The position numbers and the translations under genes are program-made. A stretch of DNA of 64,000 nt from Cladosporium halotolerans (Eukaryota): NCBI RefSeq assembly GCF_011745625.1, contig NW_027191453.1, positions 1,054,001 to 1,118,000 on the forward strand. The letters are read 5' to 3'. The number at the start of each line of letters is the position of its first letter. The stretch's first letter is position 1. Positions 1 through 13,565 of this stretch are shown here, one piece after another. Below the pieces are notes generated by a model. It was not told the origin of the DNA and ran no database searches. It saw nothing but the letters and a program-made list of their open reading frames with translations.

Positions 1-1753
1 CTGAACATCATGAGTCTCATCTTGCCACGTGTCGAGGAAGTCCTCCAGCAAGACCTCAGAATTGTCGATGCGATCCGCATACTGCCCGATGACCCAAATC
101 ATGGCGGCCTTGGCTTCAGGTTCGTCCAGAGAGTCAAGGTTCTCGCATAGCGTTGAAATGATGCTCTCGTACTGGTTCGGGTATTTGCGGAAAATGTTTT
201 TGATCACAACCGTCGCCTCTTGCACAATGTAGCTGACTTTCGTCGCTACAAGCTCGAGCAGGGTCGTAATGCAGAGCTTCGCTGCCGGCTCAATCTTGAT
301 AGCCAGCTTACCGATCGCACGCACAGATTTCCGGACGAAGTGTACGTCAATTTCTGTGGCGTACTCTCGCAGTTCTGCCAGGACCTCTTTAATGTTGTTG
401 GCCGTCGCGAGCATGAAGATGAGTTCCAGCTTTGTCACTTTGACGTAAATTGGATCGTTGTACTTGCAAAAGAAGACTCGGATATCATTCTTCAGCACTT
501 CGGGTCTCCTCTGTAAGATGAGAAGAGCGTTGCGCAAAGCCAGGTACTGAATCTCTGGGCCCTTGGACAACAGAGTCACCAATGGCGGCGAAAGCTTTGC
601 GCAAAGGCCACTGATCGTCTTTTCGCTGTCGATGTAATTCATGAGGTATAGGACCACGCGTATGCAGGTGAGCACCACAGCGCTGTTTGTGTGCGATAAC
701 CGCGGCGTGATGCGCTCGGCGAGGAATGCTGCTTCGGACGTGTCGTGAGGTACGTAGGATGTCAATGCTTCCAGAATGTAGGTTTGGCCCCATCTGTACT
801 AAGTTAGAATGATCATGATACCATTCTCTCGCTAACGAGGCCAACTTACTCTGAACAATCCGGAAGAATCTGTACAATCTTGCTTGCGCTGGTGTAATCG
901 ATAGTGAGTTTGATGGTCTCGCTTCGTTCCCAGATATCCATTAACGCAGCAAGTGCGCTGCTGACGACGGTGGGGTTCTCGTCTCTCAACATCAAGTTCA
1001 GTCTATCGATAAGATCGCTCGCTTCGACCATCGTTCGGTCATGATCGTACAGCTTCGCGACAGTGAAGGCCGCAGTTTTCCTCACGTAGGGATCAGAGTC
1101 CTTGAGTAGCTTCTTGAGCGGAACAACTGTTGCCTCGACGAACTGACGGACGTGAATGTATGATATTGTTCGAAGCGCAAGTGCACGAGTCAGCGGGTTG
1201 GAGTCGAGAAGGTCCTGTTGCAGAGTTGGCAGCGCTTTGAGAGCGAGATCAGGCTTCATCCGCGCATAATTGACGAGATACAGGTAGCACCTGGAACGTT
1301 GGCTCGTTAGCGAACAAAATTTCCCAGCCAACATTCGAGCTACATGGATTTCTCAATCGAACCAAGAAAGAGCAATGTTCACTCACATCTTCTTGATCTC
1401 AACGCTCTCAATCTCCATGCACCCGATGATATCGGGAAACAGCGCAACCATATCATTGTTGCTCATGGTCATATTCGCAACTATCTTCTTCAGCGCAATC
1501 TTCTTCCCCAGAAACGTCTTGTCCTTCTTTGTAGCCGGTTGGATGAGCTCCGCGCGCAGCTCCGCGACTTTGCCCTGTTGTGCGCGAGTCCATAGTAAGC
1601 TTCTGTACGCGAGAGGGGCAGACGGTGCATAGGCGTGAACGGAGTATTCGTATGCTATGTGCGGTAGGAACATCCCGGCATGGATAGATTGGACGGGTGC
1701 ATGTGTGGACGTACTCTTGCGAAGAGCTTCGCATCCTGCCCGGAAGAGCTCAT
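1..1753 (-). CDS. APL1: AP-2 adaptor complex subunit beta (beta-adaptin), 3' end outside window
   Basis: Spliced model [23 protein letters not shown]...[21 protein letters not shown]...[16 protein letters not shown]...DPYVRKTAA...CS(E)|[10 protein letters not shown]. Introns ~1575-1714, 1291-1386 and 794-849 with GT..AG ends. Typical Adaptin_N beta sequence. Confidence 0.92.
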
Positions 1754-2211
1754 GGTGCCTGTGTATATTCTTTCGCCCTACGGTCCCACCACCAGCTCAT
1801 GCGGCTGCCGCCGCACTGATATGGCTTCACGCCCTTGGCTCCCCCTGTTGTCCAATGAGCGGCGGGGGTAGTGGGCGTAGATTGCGGGTGGGATCTCGTG
1901 ATGCGTCGGTGCGGGGATAGGAGGGGAGTGGCGGTCTTGGTGGGCTGGAGGGAATGTGAAATATATGTTCCGGCGAGGATCGCAAATGTGTACGGTTCGG
2001 GAGTCTGCAGGCTCACGCCCGGACGTGAGCCGAATGTTCGCTGCGTCTGGGGAAGGCGGGCGGAGTTGTTAGTGAGCTTTAAAATGGGCCGGTCTGACGA
2101 AGGGAGATCCCCGCCAAGCGCGACGTCCTTCACCAGGCTGAGCTGTCACCATCTACAAGGTAGCACTCTCGTAAGGGAGTTGTAGCCTCGACACATACAC
2201 ACGCACGCACG

Positions 2212-2825
2212 ATGGCCGCACCCCCTCCACCACCGCAATGGGTCCTTGACCTCAACTCTACCCCTCCCAGCAAATCGCGCTCCGGCGCCTTCGCCGATCC
2301 GCCAGGCTTCACATCCGCAACCGCCGTACAACAATCCAAAGGCGCCAAGGGAGCAAAAGCAACGACCGCCCGCGCAAAGCCCTCGCAAGAAGAGATGGAC
2401 ACCTTGAAGCTCAAGAAGGCTTGGGAAGTTGCGCTCGCGCCCGCCAAACAACTTCCCATGAACGCTATCGGCATGTACATGTCGGGCAACTCGCTGCAGA
2501 TGTTCAGCATCATGATGGTGTTCATGCTGTTCAAGGCACCCATTCAGGCGCTCATGAACATCAATCAGACTTTTGTGCGCTTCGAAACAGAAAGTAAGAA
2601 GCAGGAGTTGCTCATGGTGAAGATTGCGTTCGTTGGATGCAATCTGCTTGCGCTAGCGTTGGGAACGTGGAAGGTGAACCAGATGGGGCTTTTACCGTAA
2701 GTCAACGTTTCTCCCGCTTGAGAGTATTAGTACTGATAATCATGGTCAGGACTACGAGATCAGACTGGCTTGCATGGGAGGTTCCGAGGGAGCCTCTGGA
2801 AAGAGCTTATTTTGTTCCGTCTTGA
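2212..2825 (+). CDS. EMC4: ER membrane protein complex subunit 4
   Basis: LKLKKAWEVALAPAKQLPMNAIGMYMSGNSLQMFSI and KVNQMGLLP|TTRSDWLAWE motifs; intron 2697-2749. Confidence 0.93.
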
Positions 2826-3109
2826 GGGGCAAGCAACATGCCATAGAGTGCCAAATCCAGGCCTTGCTAATCAAAATAATCATTGTGAGCTACAAAGCGA
2901 TTATTGAGAGTAGATGGGTCAATCAGCCTTGAAAAAGATAACCCAATTCGTAGCACGCACGAGCTCGCAAGAAGCGATGAATGTGTCTCTTGATGTATGT
3001 CTCGTTTCATTTGAGAAAGGAAATGCACGTCAGCTGGTATCTATTACATATGTACAAAGCAGCTCCCGGCTGCAGTAGCACCCGTATGTCACCATCAAGC
3101 TGTGTACGT

Positions 3110-3905
3110 CTAGTTCGCCTGGGTCTTAGGCGTGTGGGTGTCGCGCTCAAAGTATGCCCACTGGCCCTCGGTGGGCTTCTCCTCAAGGTCCTCCCACCTA
3201 TTGAATGGGTCAGCTCATTGCTAAGTCACAAAAACGTTGATCACATGGTTGCACGTACACCTTACTCTTGGCCAGAGTCTCAACAAGCTCATTCTCGCCT
3301 TGCGCCACCTGGATGATCTCCTCGATCAGACCAGATGAAATCTGGTTCTCGATGTCTGTGATCTGCTCCAGCGAGAGGGCGGGCTCGGGCTCGATACGGG
3401 GGATCTTCGCATTCTCTGCCCGCAAATCTTTTGCCATGTGCTTGTCCATGTCCTTCTTCTGCTCCTCGTGTCCGGGGCCCTCCATAAAAGGCTTCTTGGG
3501 CACGTACTCGTCGTCCCACTCCGCAGTCGCCATGCCCTCAAGAGCCTGTGGCTTCCAGACAATGTTGAAAGCCTTCTCGCCGGAGGGGGTAGAGATAGGG
3601 ATCTTGCGGAAAGCCTCGGGGTGCTCATCGACAATCTTCTGAATGCGGCTTTGCCATTCCTCCAGACCGGCGGGCTTGACAGACTCAATGACGCTCAGGC
3701 GGTGCTTCGTGAGAGCCTCAGTGGACTGACGGTAGACGCTGTGCTCGGGGAAGAACTTGAGCTTCTCCAGGGTGTTGTTGTAGACATAGAGCAATGTCGA
3801 GCGCGGGCTGGCGTGGGTGAAGAGGCCTGTGAGACCGGTGGGCGCGCCGGGCTCCAGGAATTGCGCCTTGGGCACAGAGGCGAGAAGTCGAAGAGCGGGC
3901 CTCAT
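3110..3905 (-). CDS. NADH:ubiquinone oxidoreductase 29.9 kDa subunit (NDUFA5 family)
   Basis: Mitochondrial-type N-terminus, PTGLTGL..H..PR, SVYRQSTEALTKHRL and GLIEEIIQVA motifs. Intron 3198-3258 joins to VWEDLEEKPTEGQWAYFER...*. Confidence 0.92.
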
Positions 3906-4375
3906 GATTGTGGTGTGTGGGTAGAGACAATGGCTAGTTGTGGTCGCGCGCGCAGTCGGAGGCGTTACCTATGCTCGGAACGTTCAATCAATGTCGTAGT
4001 CAGCGCCAAGCACGAGGCTCTCTCTGGAGGCACCTCCCAGGAGCAACGGGCAGACAGCGGAGGCTTCCGCGCCCAGGCCCCATCTCGCCATCCCCCTACG
4101 CTTGCGAGTAGAAGTGCATATGCGCGGGCAAGGACGACGGCACAACTTCACACATCTCTTCCTCGCTCGCAGCATATTTACTTCACTTACAAGTCGACCG
4201 GTGTCGCTCGCTACCACCCCTCTTGCTCGCCGCCCGCAGGCAGCTTGAGCAGATCTGCGCTATCCACGCCCGTCCCCCACCCATCATCCTGAAGGCCACG
4301 CAAGCACGCGAACACGCGCCCATTGCGATATCTCTGTAACCAGCACCGGGCTTTTGCCCAATCGACCAAGCGACC

Positions 4376-6544
4376 ATGCGGTTACAATCTCTATTCTCGC
4401 TCGCCTTGCCACTACTATCGTCAGTCGCATCGGCGCAGCAAAATAATGGCCGAACAGAACATCCCGCCGACTCCCTTATCGCTCCTCAACGACAACGGCG
4501 AGATGCGCCTGCAGGAGGTGCTATGGATGGCCACGATGGCAAAACAAAGACAGACGGCGGGGCTGGCGCGGGGACCATCTTCAATGGCATGACTGTGCCC
4601 CCTTCGCCAGAAATTCCAGGAGACGCCTTGAAGGATACCATCAAATCTGGCTACTGGCTTGTGGAATTCTTTAGCCCATACTGCGGGCATTGTAAGAAGT
4701 TCGCACCCACATGGCAAACGCTTTACGAGTTTTATTACACAGATGACCCTGTACCGCAGACGCAGGGCAAGGAGAACGATCTGAACAGTTTCACGAAATA
4801 CTACGACTACCACTTCGCTAAGGTGGATTGCGTCGCAAATGGAGATGCGTGCGCGGAGATGGAGATCAACTCCTTCCCCACGATTGTGCTGTTCAAGAAC
4901 GGCGAGAAGGTCACCTCTCACACTGGCGCACAAAATCTGGCATTCATGAGCACATGGGTTGAGGAGACACTTGAGTCAATCAAGCCTGGAAGCAGAGTGA
5001 AGGGTGGTCCTAAACTTCCGAAGGTTGGAGACCACACTGTCGACAAGCCCATGAAGGAGCCCGCAGCTCTCGAGAAGGCAGCGGCTCCTGCGACTACCAC
5101 GTCCAGCAAGTCCCTAGTTAAGGCTACAAAGATCGCAAAGCCCATTCCTAACCCTGCTGGTAAAAGTCAGGACTTGACCGCAGAGAGCTTCCAGCGGTTG
5201 GTGACTATGACGCACGATCCGTGGTTCATCAAGTTCTATGCTCCCTGGTGTCCTCACTGCCAGGCTCTCGCGCCCAACTGGCAGGGCATGGCCCGAAAGA
5301 TGGAGGGACAGGTCAATATTGGAGAGGTCAATTGCGATATCGAGAGGAGGCTCTGTCGTGACGTTAAGGTCAAGGGATACCCCACCATTTTGTTCTTCAG
5401 AGGAGGCGAGCGCATTGAGTACGACGGTCTCCGCGGCCTGGGAGATCTCATCAAGTTTGCTCAGAGGACTATGGCGGTCGAGGAGGGTGTGCGCGATGTG
5501 ACGGCCGCTGAATTCGAGGAGCTTGAAGAGAAGGAAGAAGTCATCTTCCTGTACTGCTACGACGCGGCCACCACCTCCGAGGACTTCACCGCTCTCGAGC
5601 GCCTGGTCATGTCCCTCATCGGGCACGCTAAGCTGGTCAAGACCTCCGATCCCGCTCTATCGCAACGCTTCAAGATCAGCACCTGGCCCCGCCTGCTCGT
5701 TAGCCGCGACGGAAAGCCCTCGTATTACGAGGCTCTTTCTCCTCAAGCCATGCGGGACTACCGCCGCGTCTTGGGCTGGATGCAGTCAGTCTGGCTTCCG
5801 ATTGTCCCTGAGTTGACTGCCTCGAATGCCCGCGAGATTATGGACGGCAAGCTCGTCGTGCTGGGCATCCTTTCCCGCGACCGTCCTGAGGAGTTCATCA
5901 GCGCTAAGCGCGAAATCAAGAACGCTGCTCTCGAATGGATTGACAAGCAGACTCAATCTTTCCAGCTCGCAAGGCAAGAGCTCAGGGACGCTAAGCAGCT
6001 CCGCATTGAGGAGGCCGAAGACCGCAACAACGAGCGCGCATTGAGATCTGCTAAGGGTATTCGCATCGACATGAACGACATTGAGCGCAGGGAGGTTGGC
6101 TTTGCATGGGTTGACGGCGTTTTCTGGGAACGCTGGATCAGAACTACCTACGGCATTTCCATTCGCGACGGCGAGCGCGTCGTGATCAACGAAGAGGATC
6201 ACAAACGCTACTGGGACAACACGGTGACCGGCAACGCGATTGTGCCGTCAAGAACCTCCATCTTGGAGACCCTTTCACGCATCGTCTCGAACCCGACAAA
6301 CCTCCCTCCCAAATCTACGACAACGCCTCTCGGACACTTGTGGTGGGTCATTAGGGGTGGCTTCCTCTCGCATCCGATTATGAGCGCTGTCATCCTTCTT
6401 ATCGTCTTCGTCATCGGTGGCATGTACGCACGAAGATCCGTTAGTAAGGCCGGCGGATACATCAAGCTTGGAGAGAAGGGCGGTCCAATGGACGGTCTAC
6501 TTGGTGGAAACAGTGGGGTGCAAAGTCAGGGCAAGGTTGATTAG
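4376..6544 (+). CDS. Membrane-anchored ER protein disulfide isomerase / thioredoxin-domain protein (Eps1-like)
   Basis: 722-aa ORF with signal peptide, two thioredoxin domains (YCGHC, WCPHC), C-terminal TM helix and a GKVD tail. Confidence 0.88.
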   Translation: MRLQSLFSLALPLLSSVASAQQNNGRTEHPADSLIAPQRQRRDAPAGGAMDGHDGKTKTDGGAGAGTIFNGMTVPPSPEIPGDALKDTIKSGYWLVEFFSPYCGHCKKFAPTWQTLYEFYYTDDPVPQTQGKENDLNSFTKYYDYHFAKVDCVANGDACAEMEINSFPTIVLFKNGEKVTSHTGAQNLAFMSTWVEETLESIKPGSRVKGGPKLPKVGDHTVDKPMKEPAALEKAAAPATTTSSKSLVKATKIAKPIPNPAGKSQDLTAESFQRLVTMTHDPWFIKFYAPWCPHCQALAPNWQGMARKMEGQVNIGEVNCDIERRLCRDVKVKGYPTILFFRGGERIEYDGLRGLGDLIKFAQRTMAVEEGVRDVTAAEFEELEEKEEVIFLYCYDAATTSEDFTALERLVMSLIGHAKLVKTSDPALSQRFKISTWPRLLVSRDGKPSYYEALSPQAMRDYRRVLGWMQSVWLPIVPELTASNAREIMDGKLVVLGILSRDRPEEFISAKREIKNAALEWIDKQTQSFQLARQELRDAKQLRIEEAEDRNNERALRSAKGIRIDMNDIERREVGFAWVDGVFWERWIRTTYGISIRDGERVVINEEDHKRYWDNTVTGNAIVPSRTSILETLSRIVSNPTNLPPKSTTTPLGHLWWVIRGGFLSHPIMSAVILLIVFVIGGMYARRSVSKAGGYIKLGEKGGPMDGLLGGNSGVQSQGKVD

Positions 6545-6706
6545 GCTGCTCTACAACATCTAATACTGGGTTGACAATCGGCGTTCTGTGGCGGGGAAAC
6601 TTATCTTGTATGCATAGAAACTGGAGTGTTCATGCGTGTTGTCGTTGTCAAAGCGTATTCGAGCGAATATGAGTCTGTTCTACGTTCCGACCAGTCCCCA
6701 CCACTC

Positions 6707-7548
<842 letters not shown>

Positions 7549-8012
7549 CTAAAGTCTAGGTAATGGCTTGATCAGCGATTACAGCGTTGAATATGATACA
7601 ATAGTGTTTTATTAAGTATTGTCAACAAAAACAATCTCACAGATGAAGTAGGACTAGGACATTAGCCATGCTCTCGGCGATGGAGTGTATGTGGGCCCGG
7701 CCCATGAGGGGCTCGAAGCATGTCAGACGAAGTCCGTTGCCGTCAAACACCGGTTGGTCATTCACTCCACCACGATCCGCATTTGTGCATTTGTCCAAGA
7801 AAGCTCATTTCGATTTCGAACTAGAAAAGCCATGGGGAAGCAAACTCATATTCTTCATCTTGAAATTCTTCATTGGATAAGTCCAACTGTCTGTCAGCAC
7901 CGCATCGCCGTATCGCGCCTCATACCTTGAATACCTTATATATGCTAAGCATTGAACATGTACAAAAGCAGTGCATCCACTGTATCTTTGCACTTAGTAT
8001 TCAGGGCGACGC

Positions 8013-9943
8013 TCAATGCCGGTAAATGGCATCTGACATCTTAGCCACTTGCGCCATTTCCTTCACGTCGTGTACACGTACAATATCAGCGCCACCCTGG
8101 ATAGCAGCCGTGACCGTAGCGGCAGTACCCCAAACCCTCTCCTTAGGCTCAGTGACACCAGTGATCTTGCCGACGAAGCCTTTGCGACTGCTGCCGACCA
8201 AGTAAGGCATGGAACTCAAACCAACATTCTGAAGCCTCTGACTCCGCAAGATCTCAAGGTTCTGATCCTGCGTCTTTGCGAACCCGACGCCTGGGTCGAG
8301 GATCATCCTCCACCTCCTGATGCCGGCCTCTACTGCTGCCTCAATTCTTTCATTAAGCTCTTTTGCCATTGTTGGTAACACGCCGGCCGGATAGGAGCAG
8401 TTCTCAGGATCTTGCATGGTAGCAGGCGTGCCGCGCATGTGCATCAGGATATAAGTGCAGCCAAGCCTTGCAACAGTCGAAAGCATCTGAGGATCCAGCA
8501 TACCAGCAGAGATGTCGTTGACGATGTGTGCGCCGGCTTTCACAGCCGCTTCAGCGACGGCGGCGCGGTAGGTATCGACTGATATTACGATTCCTGCAGA
8601 CTCCGGAAGCGATTTGATCGCGGCGATTGCAGGAAGAACCCTCTGAATCTCTTCTTCGGCAGTGATGTCTGGTGCATTGGGTCGCGAGGATTGACCTCCG
8701 ACGTCGATCATTGTAGCACCAGCCGCGATGTGTGATGCTACCGTGGCCCTTAGGCTCTGAATATCGAGAGCATTGGAGCCACCGTCCGAGAAGGAGTCCG
8801 GAGTGGTGTTCAAGATCGACATGACATGCGTTTTCCGAGTGCTTGCCGTTGCATTCAAAGATTTACTTCCGGTTAGCGGCGTCATTGAGAACATGCTGCT
8901 TTTATCTACTGTCGGGAAAAGCTGCATGTTTTGCTGCAAGGAAGCTCCGCTGCGAGGGTTCGTCCATCCAGACATTGCTTTGAGACTGCAACTCGGTCAG
9001 CTCAAGGAAACGGAGTCTTCATACATCGATTGACGTACTCAATAATTGGTCGAAGCACAAACTCTCGTTCATGCATCAACGCATGTGGAATGGTGAGTCG
9101 CTCCGAGTTCACCACTTCATTCCGGAATATGGCGATGTCCAGATCGATATTTCTAGGGCCTTTATCGATAAGCTTGACACGGCCGTGGCCTTGCTCAATG
9201 GCCTGAAGACGATCAAGCAAATCCAGTGGGCTGAGTGAAGTTTCGATCTGAGCAGTCAGCAACAGCCACTGGTGGGTCGCAGAGATGCTTTACTCACCTC
9301 ACATGCCCCATTCACGAAGCGTTCCTGATCTTCGACATACATAGGCTCCGTCTCGTAGAGACAACTCGTATCGACGATGCGCATATCAGGGTCTGCATCA
9401 ATTGCTTGACAGGCTTTCTCTATTTCTTCGACTCTGTTTCCTACGTTGCTTCCCAGGGCAAGTACAACGCCACGTTGTAGAGAACCGCGCTTTTGTGAAT
9501 ATGCCCTGGCTCCAGCACATACGGAATGGATACGTGCCGAGCCAACCTCTCGGCTGACACGGCATTCACGTAATCCGGGTGATCTTGATTTTCTGCCATT
9601 GTTGCAAGATCTTTGCCACGTATGATTGCGCCTCGTCTGTGGCTTTGCTAGCTGCCAAAGCTCACTCAAGCTCCCAGCCGAATGACGTTGTAATGGGTAT
9701 TCCGAAGTGCTTAAAGCTGGTTAGCGATGTCAATGGGGATCTATCTCGAGACCATACACAGGTACCAGGGTTTACAAAATCGATAGTGTTACGAAACGAT
9801 CCCAGAGTATTGACTTACTTCCATCCTGTTTCCCCAAGAGTGGAGAACGGTCTTGCAATACATGTCAGACGCGATGCCGCTGCCCTCAATGATGTGACAT
9901 GCTGGGCGACATGCTGCAAAGTCGAAGATGACGGCCGATGCAT
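8013..9943 (-). CDS. FOL1: Folate synthesis protein, HPPK + dihydropteroate synthase, with probable mitochondrial presequence
   Basis: HPPK motifs LALGSNVG, LYETEPMY, GPRNIDLDI and REFVLRP; DHPS motifs ILNTTPDSFSDGG, DPGVGFAK, GSSRKGF and IVRVHDV. Introns ~9710-9818, 9249-9297 and 8986-9038; exon 1 reads MHRPSSSTLQHVAQHVTSLRAAASRLTCIARPFST. Confidence 0.88.
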
Positions 9944-10662
9944 GTCTGTGGCGGCCTTCGTCGGATGTGTGGTATGACACCTTGAGGAACGCCGCACAAT
10001 TGCCGACCCTTCAAATCTCCCAATGCCTCACCTTGGTCATCAGATTTCTGACAATAACGTGTTGTATCGGGTCACGTGCAGACACAGTTAGCAACGACAG
10101 CAATAGAAAGACATGACCGGCGTCGCCTCCGGCAAAAGATGGCGGTGCGGATCGGCGCGTGAGTCGCGTGACGAACGCCCCACCGCCACCGCTCGCCAGT
10201 CTTGCGATCGTGTCCAACTTCAACATAAAACTCTTTCGTTTCGCATGCGCTGTGATTGGGAGCAGTCGTCAATTTCCTGGCCTGCTAACACTACAGCTCG
10301 TGCAACAGACCAAGGATCCTGTCATTACATCATCTTCGGCGTCTCAACCAAGCAGTTTCATGCCCAGCGCAGGCCTTCGTATTCTCGCCAACGCGCGACT
10401 TGGCGCATTCACGATCGTCATTGGTCCTTGCCCGTAACGTTGTTAGGTGCCAGGATACGCCTCACAACTCGCTGAGCTGCGAAATCCTTCGAGGGGCGGT
10501 GCATATAGCGCTGCGAAGGCACGCACAATCCTTTGCAAAAGGCTCCTTCTCATAAATAGCTGTCCGCGGTAGCTTTGCAGGGTTTGTGCCAACTATCACT
10601 ACCATTCACTCTTTGTGTTGCAAATCTGCAGCCCGACGCACCTCCAATCGAATTCCACCAAG

Positions 10663-11325
10663 ATGGCTACTAGCATCCGCGACTGGGAATCTCGCAGGAC
10701 TCATCAGGCATGGGGCACCGGCTGGGGCAGCCCAGCCCTAATGGTCCTCGTCTGTCTCGTCGTCAACGTTGTCAGCCTTATTGTATCTATCGCGGTCAAT
10801 GCGACTGTAGCGAACCGCCGAGACAATGACTATGGCTACGGGTCAGTCTTGAGCGACATCACCCACAATTGGTACCTGTCAACTGACCAGACTATTCTCT
10901 TAGCACTGGCTGGATACTCATGACCATAGCACCTGCTACCTCGTTGCTGTGGACGCTCATTGATGTCGTCCTCTGCCACTACTCTGTGCTGCACCCGATC
11001 TACTATCTGGTCGAGGGGATCCTACTTTTGGGCATGAACCTGAGTCTTGCTATCATCAGTATCCTGTTTTTCGCGTTAGTATCGACTTCATTCACGAAAA
11101 TATTTGCATCCTTGTTACTAATAGTCTGGCAATAGCTGGGATAAAGCTTCTTGGGTACCGGGCATCTTCATGGCCATCTCGGCTATTGTGTACGTCTCTT
11201 TTCCAATGAAAGGTGCGAGAATTTGCAAGCTGACCACGATAAATAGCTACATTGGTGTCATGTATTTCTCTGCCAGACTCATCCACGAGAACAGGAAGCG
11301 CCCTCAGAGCAGAGGTTCGGCATGA
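10663..11325 (+). CDS. Small four-exon, ~4-TM hypothetical membrane protein
   Basis: Three GT..CTRAC/CTAAT..AG introns (~10842-10890, 11075-11134, 11189-11247) join the hydrophobic ORF fragments into one open frame ending ...HENRKRPQSRGSA*. Confidence 0.65.
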
Positions 11326-11984
11326 AGAGAGTCGAGCCAGATTCGGGATGAGAGCTAGATGGAGAAGTAATGTCTAATGGCTTGCACAAGCAGCAAGATG
11401 CTCACGCTCGTTCATGCAACAGCAAGGAGATGGAAGGAACCATGATTTCAAGAATAATGTATAATGTCTGCTCAGAGTAAACAGCTATTACATGGCATTG
11501 ACAATGATGAATGATCTCAAAGACGACTCATCCATATTCTTGTTCGGGCTTGGTGGCCATCCACAAGAATGCCAGCGACCAATGGCGGAAAGTTCTGAAC
11601 CTAAACCACTCGCACTGGCGACAACATTATCGAGCGGCAAAAGACGCCTCCGCGTCTGTGAAATAATGTGACTGCATGCGCGATATTTTGAAGAGCTGTC
11701 ACCGTCGCTAACGCACGGCAAAAGACTGCGAGACGCTGCGCGCGGCCACGTGCCAGGGTGTTTTGCCTCGGCTCGCCAGACTCCGAGGCATGCGACCTCT
11801 CAATTGCGGAGATGATGATCAGACTGCCTGCCCTACCAACCTAGGTTTGAATATCACACCAGTCCATACCTTAAACTTGTCTCTTTGTGCCACTGAACCT
11901 TCGTCCTGTCTATCTCATCCTACAGGTCGAAATACATTGCCTGAAACTCCCGTTCAGTACACATACAACACAGTTGTCGCGATC

Positions 11985-13192
11985 ATGACTTCCCCACGTA
12001 CGCCAGACCCTCCATGCTCTCACGCGTGAACCTAGATCCAAGGAGGGCAGCATGCTGACGCCGAATAGAGCAAATCCGCACGGTGACCACCGACCTCCTC
12101 AGGATCACACACCCGGTCATGCTCGCCGGCATGAACGTCGCCGCCGGCCCCAAGCTGGCAGCGGCTGTCACGAACGCCGGCGGCATCGGCGTGATCGGCG
12201 GCGTTGGTTACACTCCAGACATGCTCCGCGAACAGATCGCGGAGCTCAAGAGCTTCCTGAACGACAAGAACGCTCCGTTCGGCGTTGATCTCCTCATTCC
12301 CCAGGTCGGCGGCAGCGCCAGGAAGACCAAGTAAGCAGCTTCTCAGGTCGCCCAGACTATTATCCGAATCCGCTACTGACATTCGCCCACCAGCTACGAC
12401 TACACCAAAGGCAAGCTCGACGAGCTGGTAACCATCATCATCGACTCCGGCGCCCGCCTCTTTGTCTCCGCCGTCGGCGTCCCGCCCCAAGCCGTTGTCG
12501 ACCGCCTGCACAAAGCCGGCATCTACTACATGAACATGATCGGCCACCCGAAGCACGTCGCCAAGTGCCTCGCGCTCGGCGCCGATCTGATCTGCGCGCA
12601 GGGCGGCGAGGGCGGCGGCCACACGGGCGATGTGCCCACGACCGTCCTCATCCCCACCGTGGCGGCCATGTGCAAGGGCAAGAAGGGCGGCATGGGCGCG
12701 GAGGTGCAGGTCGTGGCGGCCGGTGGCCTGTTCAACGGGCAGAGCCTGGCGGCCGCGATGGCGTTGGGTGCCAGCGCCGTGTGGGTAGGCACGCGGTTCG
12801 TGCTGTCCGAGGAGGCCGGCGCGCCCAAGGCGCACCAGGAGGCGGTGCGCACGGCGGGCTTCGACGACAACATCCGCACCATCATCTTCACCGGTCGTCC
12901 GCTGCGCGTCCGCAAGAACCCCTACATTGACAACTGGGAGACGAACCGCGCGGCTGAGATCCAGGAGCTGACGGCCAAGGGCGTGATTCCGGTCGAGCAC
13001 GATCTTGAGCGCATGGGCGATGACATTGACGATGACACTATGGACAACGCCCGCCCGTTCTTGATGGGCAAGGCCAGTGCGGTTGTCAACGACCGCCTGT
13101 CGGCCAAGCAGATTGTCGACGAGATGGTGCAGGGTGCTGTGGACGAGATCAGGAAGAGCAACGCGGCCATCGTGTCGAAGAGCAAGCTCTAG
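11985..13192 (+). CDS. Nitronate monooxygenase / 2-nitropropane dioxygenase family FMN enzyme, PTS1-bearing
   Basis: HPVMLAGM, LAAAVTNAGGIGVIG, AQGGEGGGHTG and VWVGTRF motifs; introns ~11998-12068 and 12331-12393; ends in SKL. Confidence 0.92.
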
Positions 13193-13565
13193 ATGATGGC
13201 TCAAAAAGATATGATTGCGTGCTTTGTTTGTATGTAAGCGAGTCGCGTGGCCGTTGTGTCGCCTAGTCAATCAGTATTGAAAGCATAATCATGCGTCTTC
13301 TACAGCTCTGGATCAAGATCGTGACGCTACAGCCGGACTAATTGTCACTTCTGCCGCGTTCACTGATTGTCAGCAAGTCCGCCCACGCCCTGCAAGGTTG
13401 CCCCAGAGACTTCATAAAGACGTATGTTTGATTCGGATCTAAAGTCGTATCGTAAGGGGGAAATACTTTTTGAACATGCCAAATGCCTTCATACGCCTGC
13501 TTGAGCCTCGATAGTGTTCGTATCGCTCCGCAACCTCAAACGTTAAAACCCAACATGCGTTATCT

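Noticed and set aside
11504..11598. ATGATGA...CTGA spaced like a snoRNA
   Set aside because: No terminal stem, no intron context, and no rRNA complement of 10 nt or more that I can recognise.
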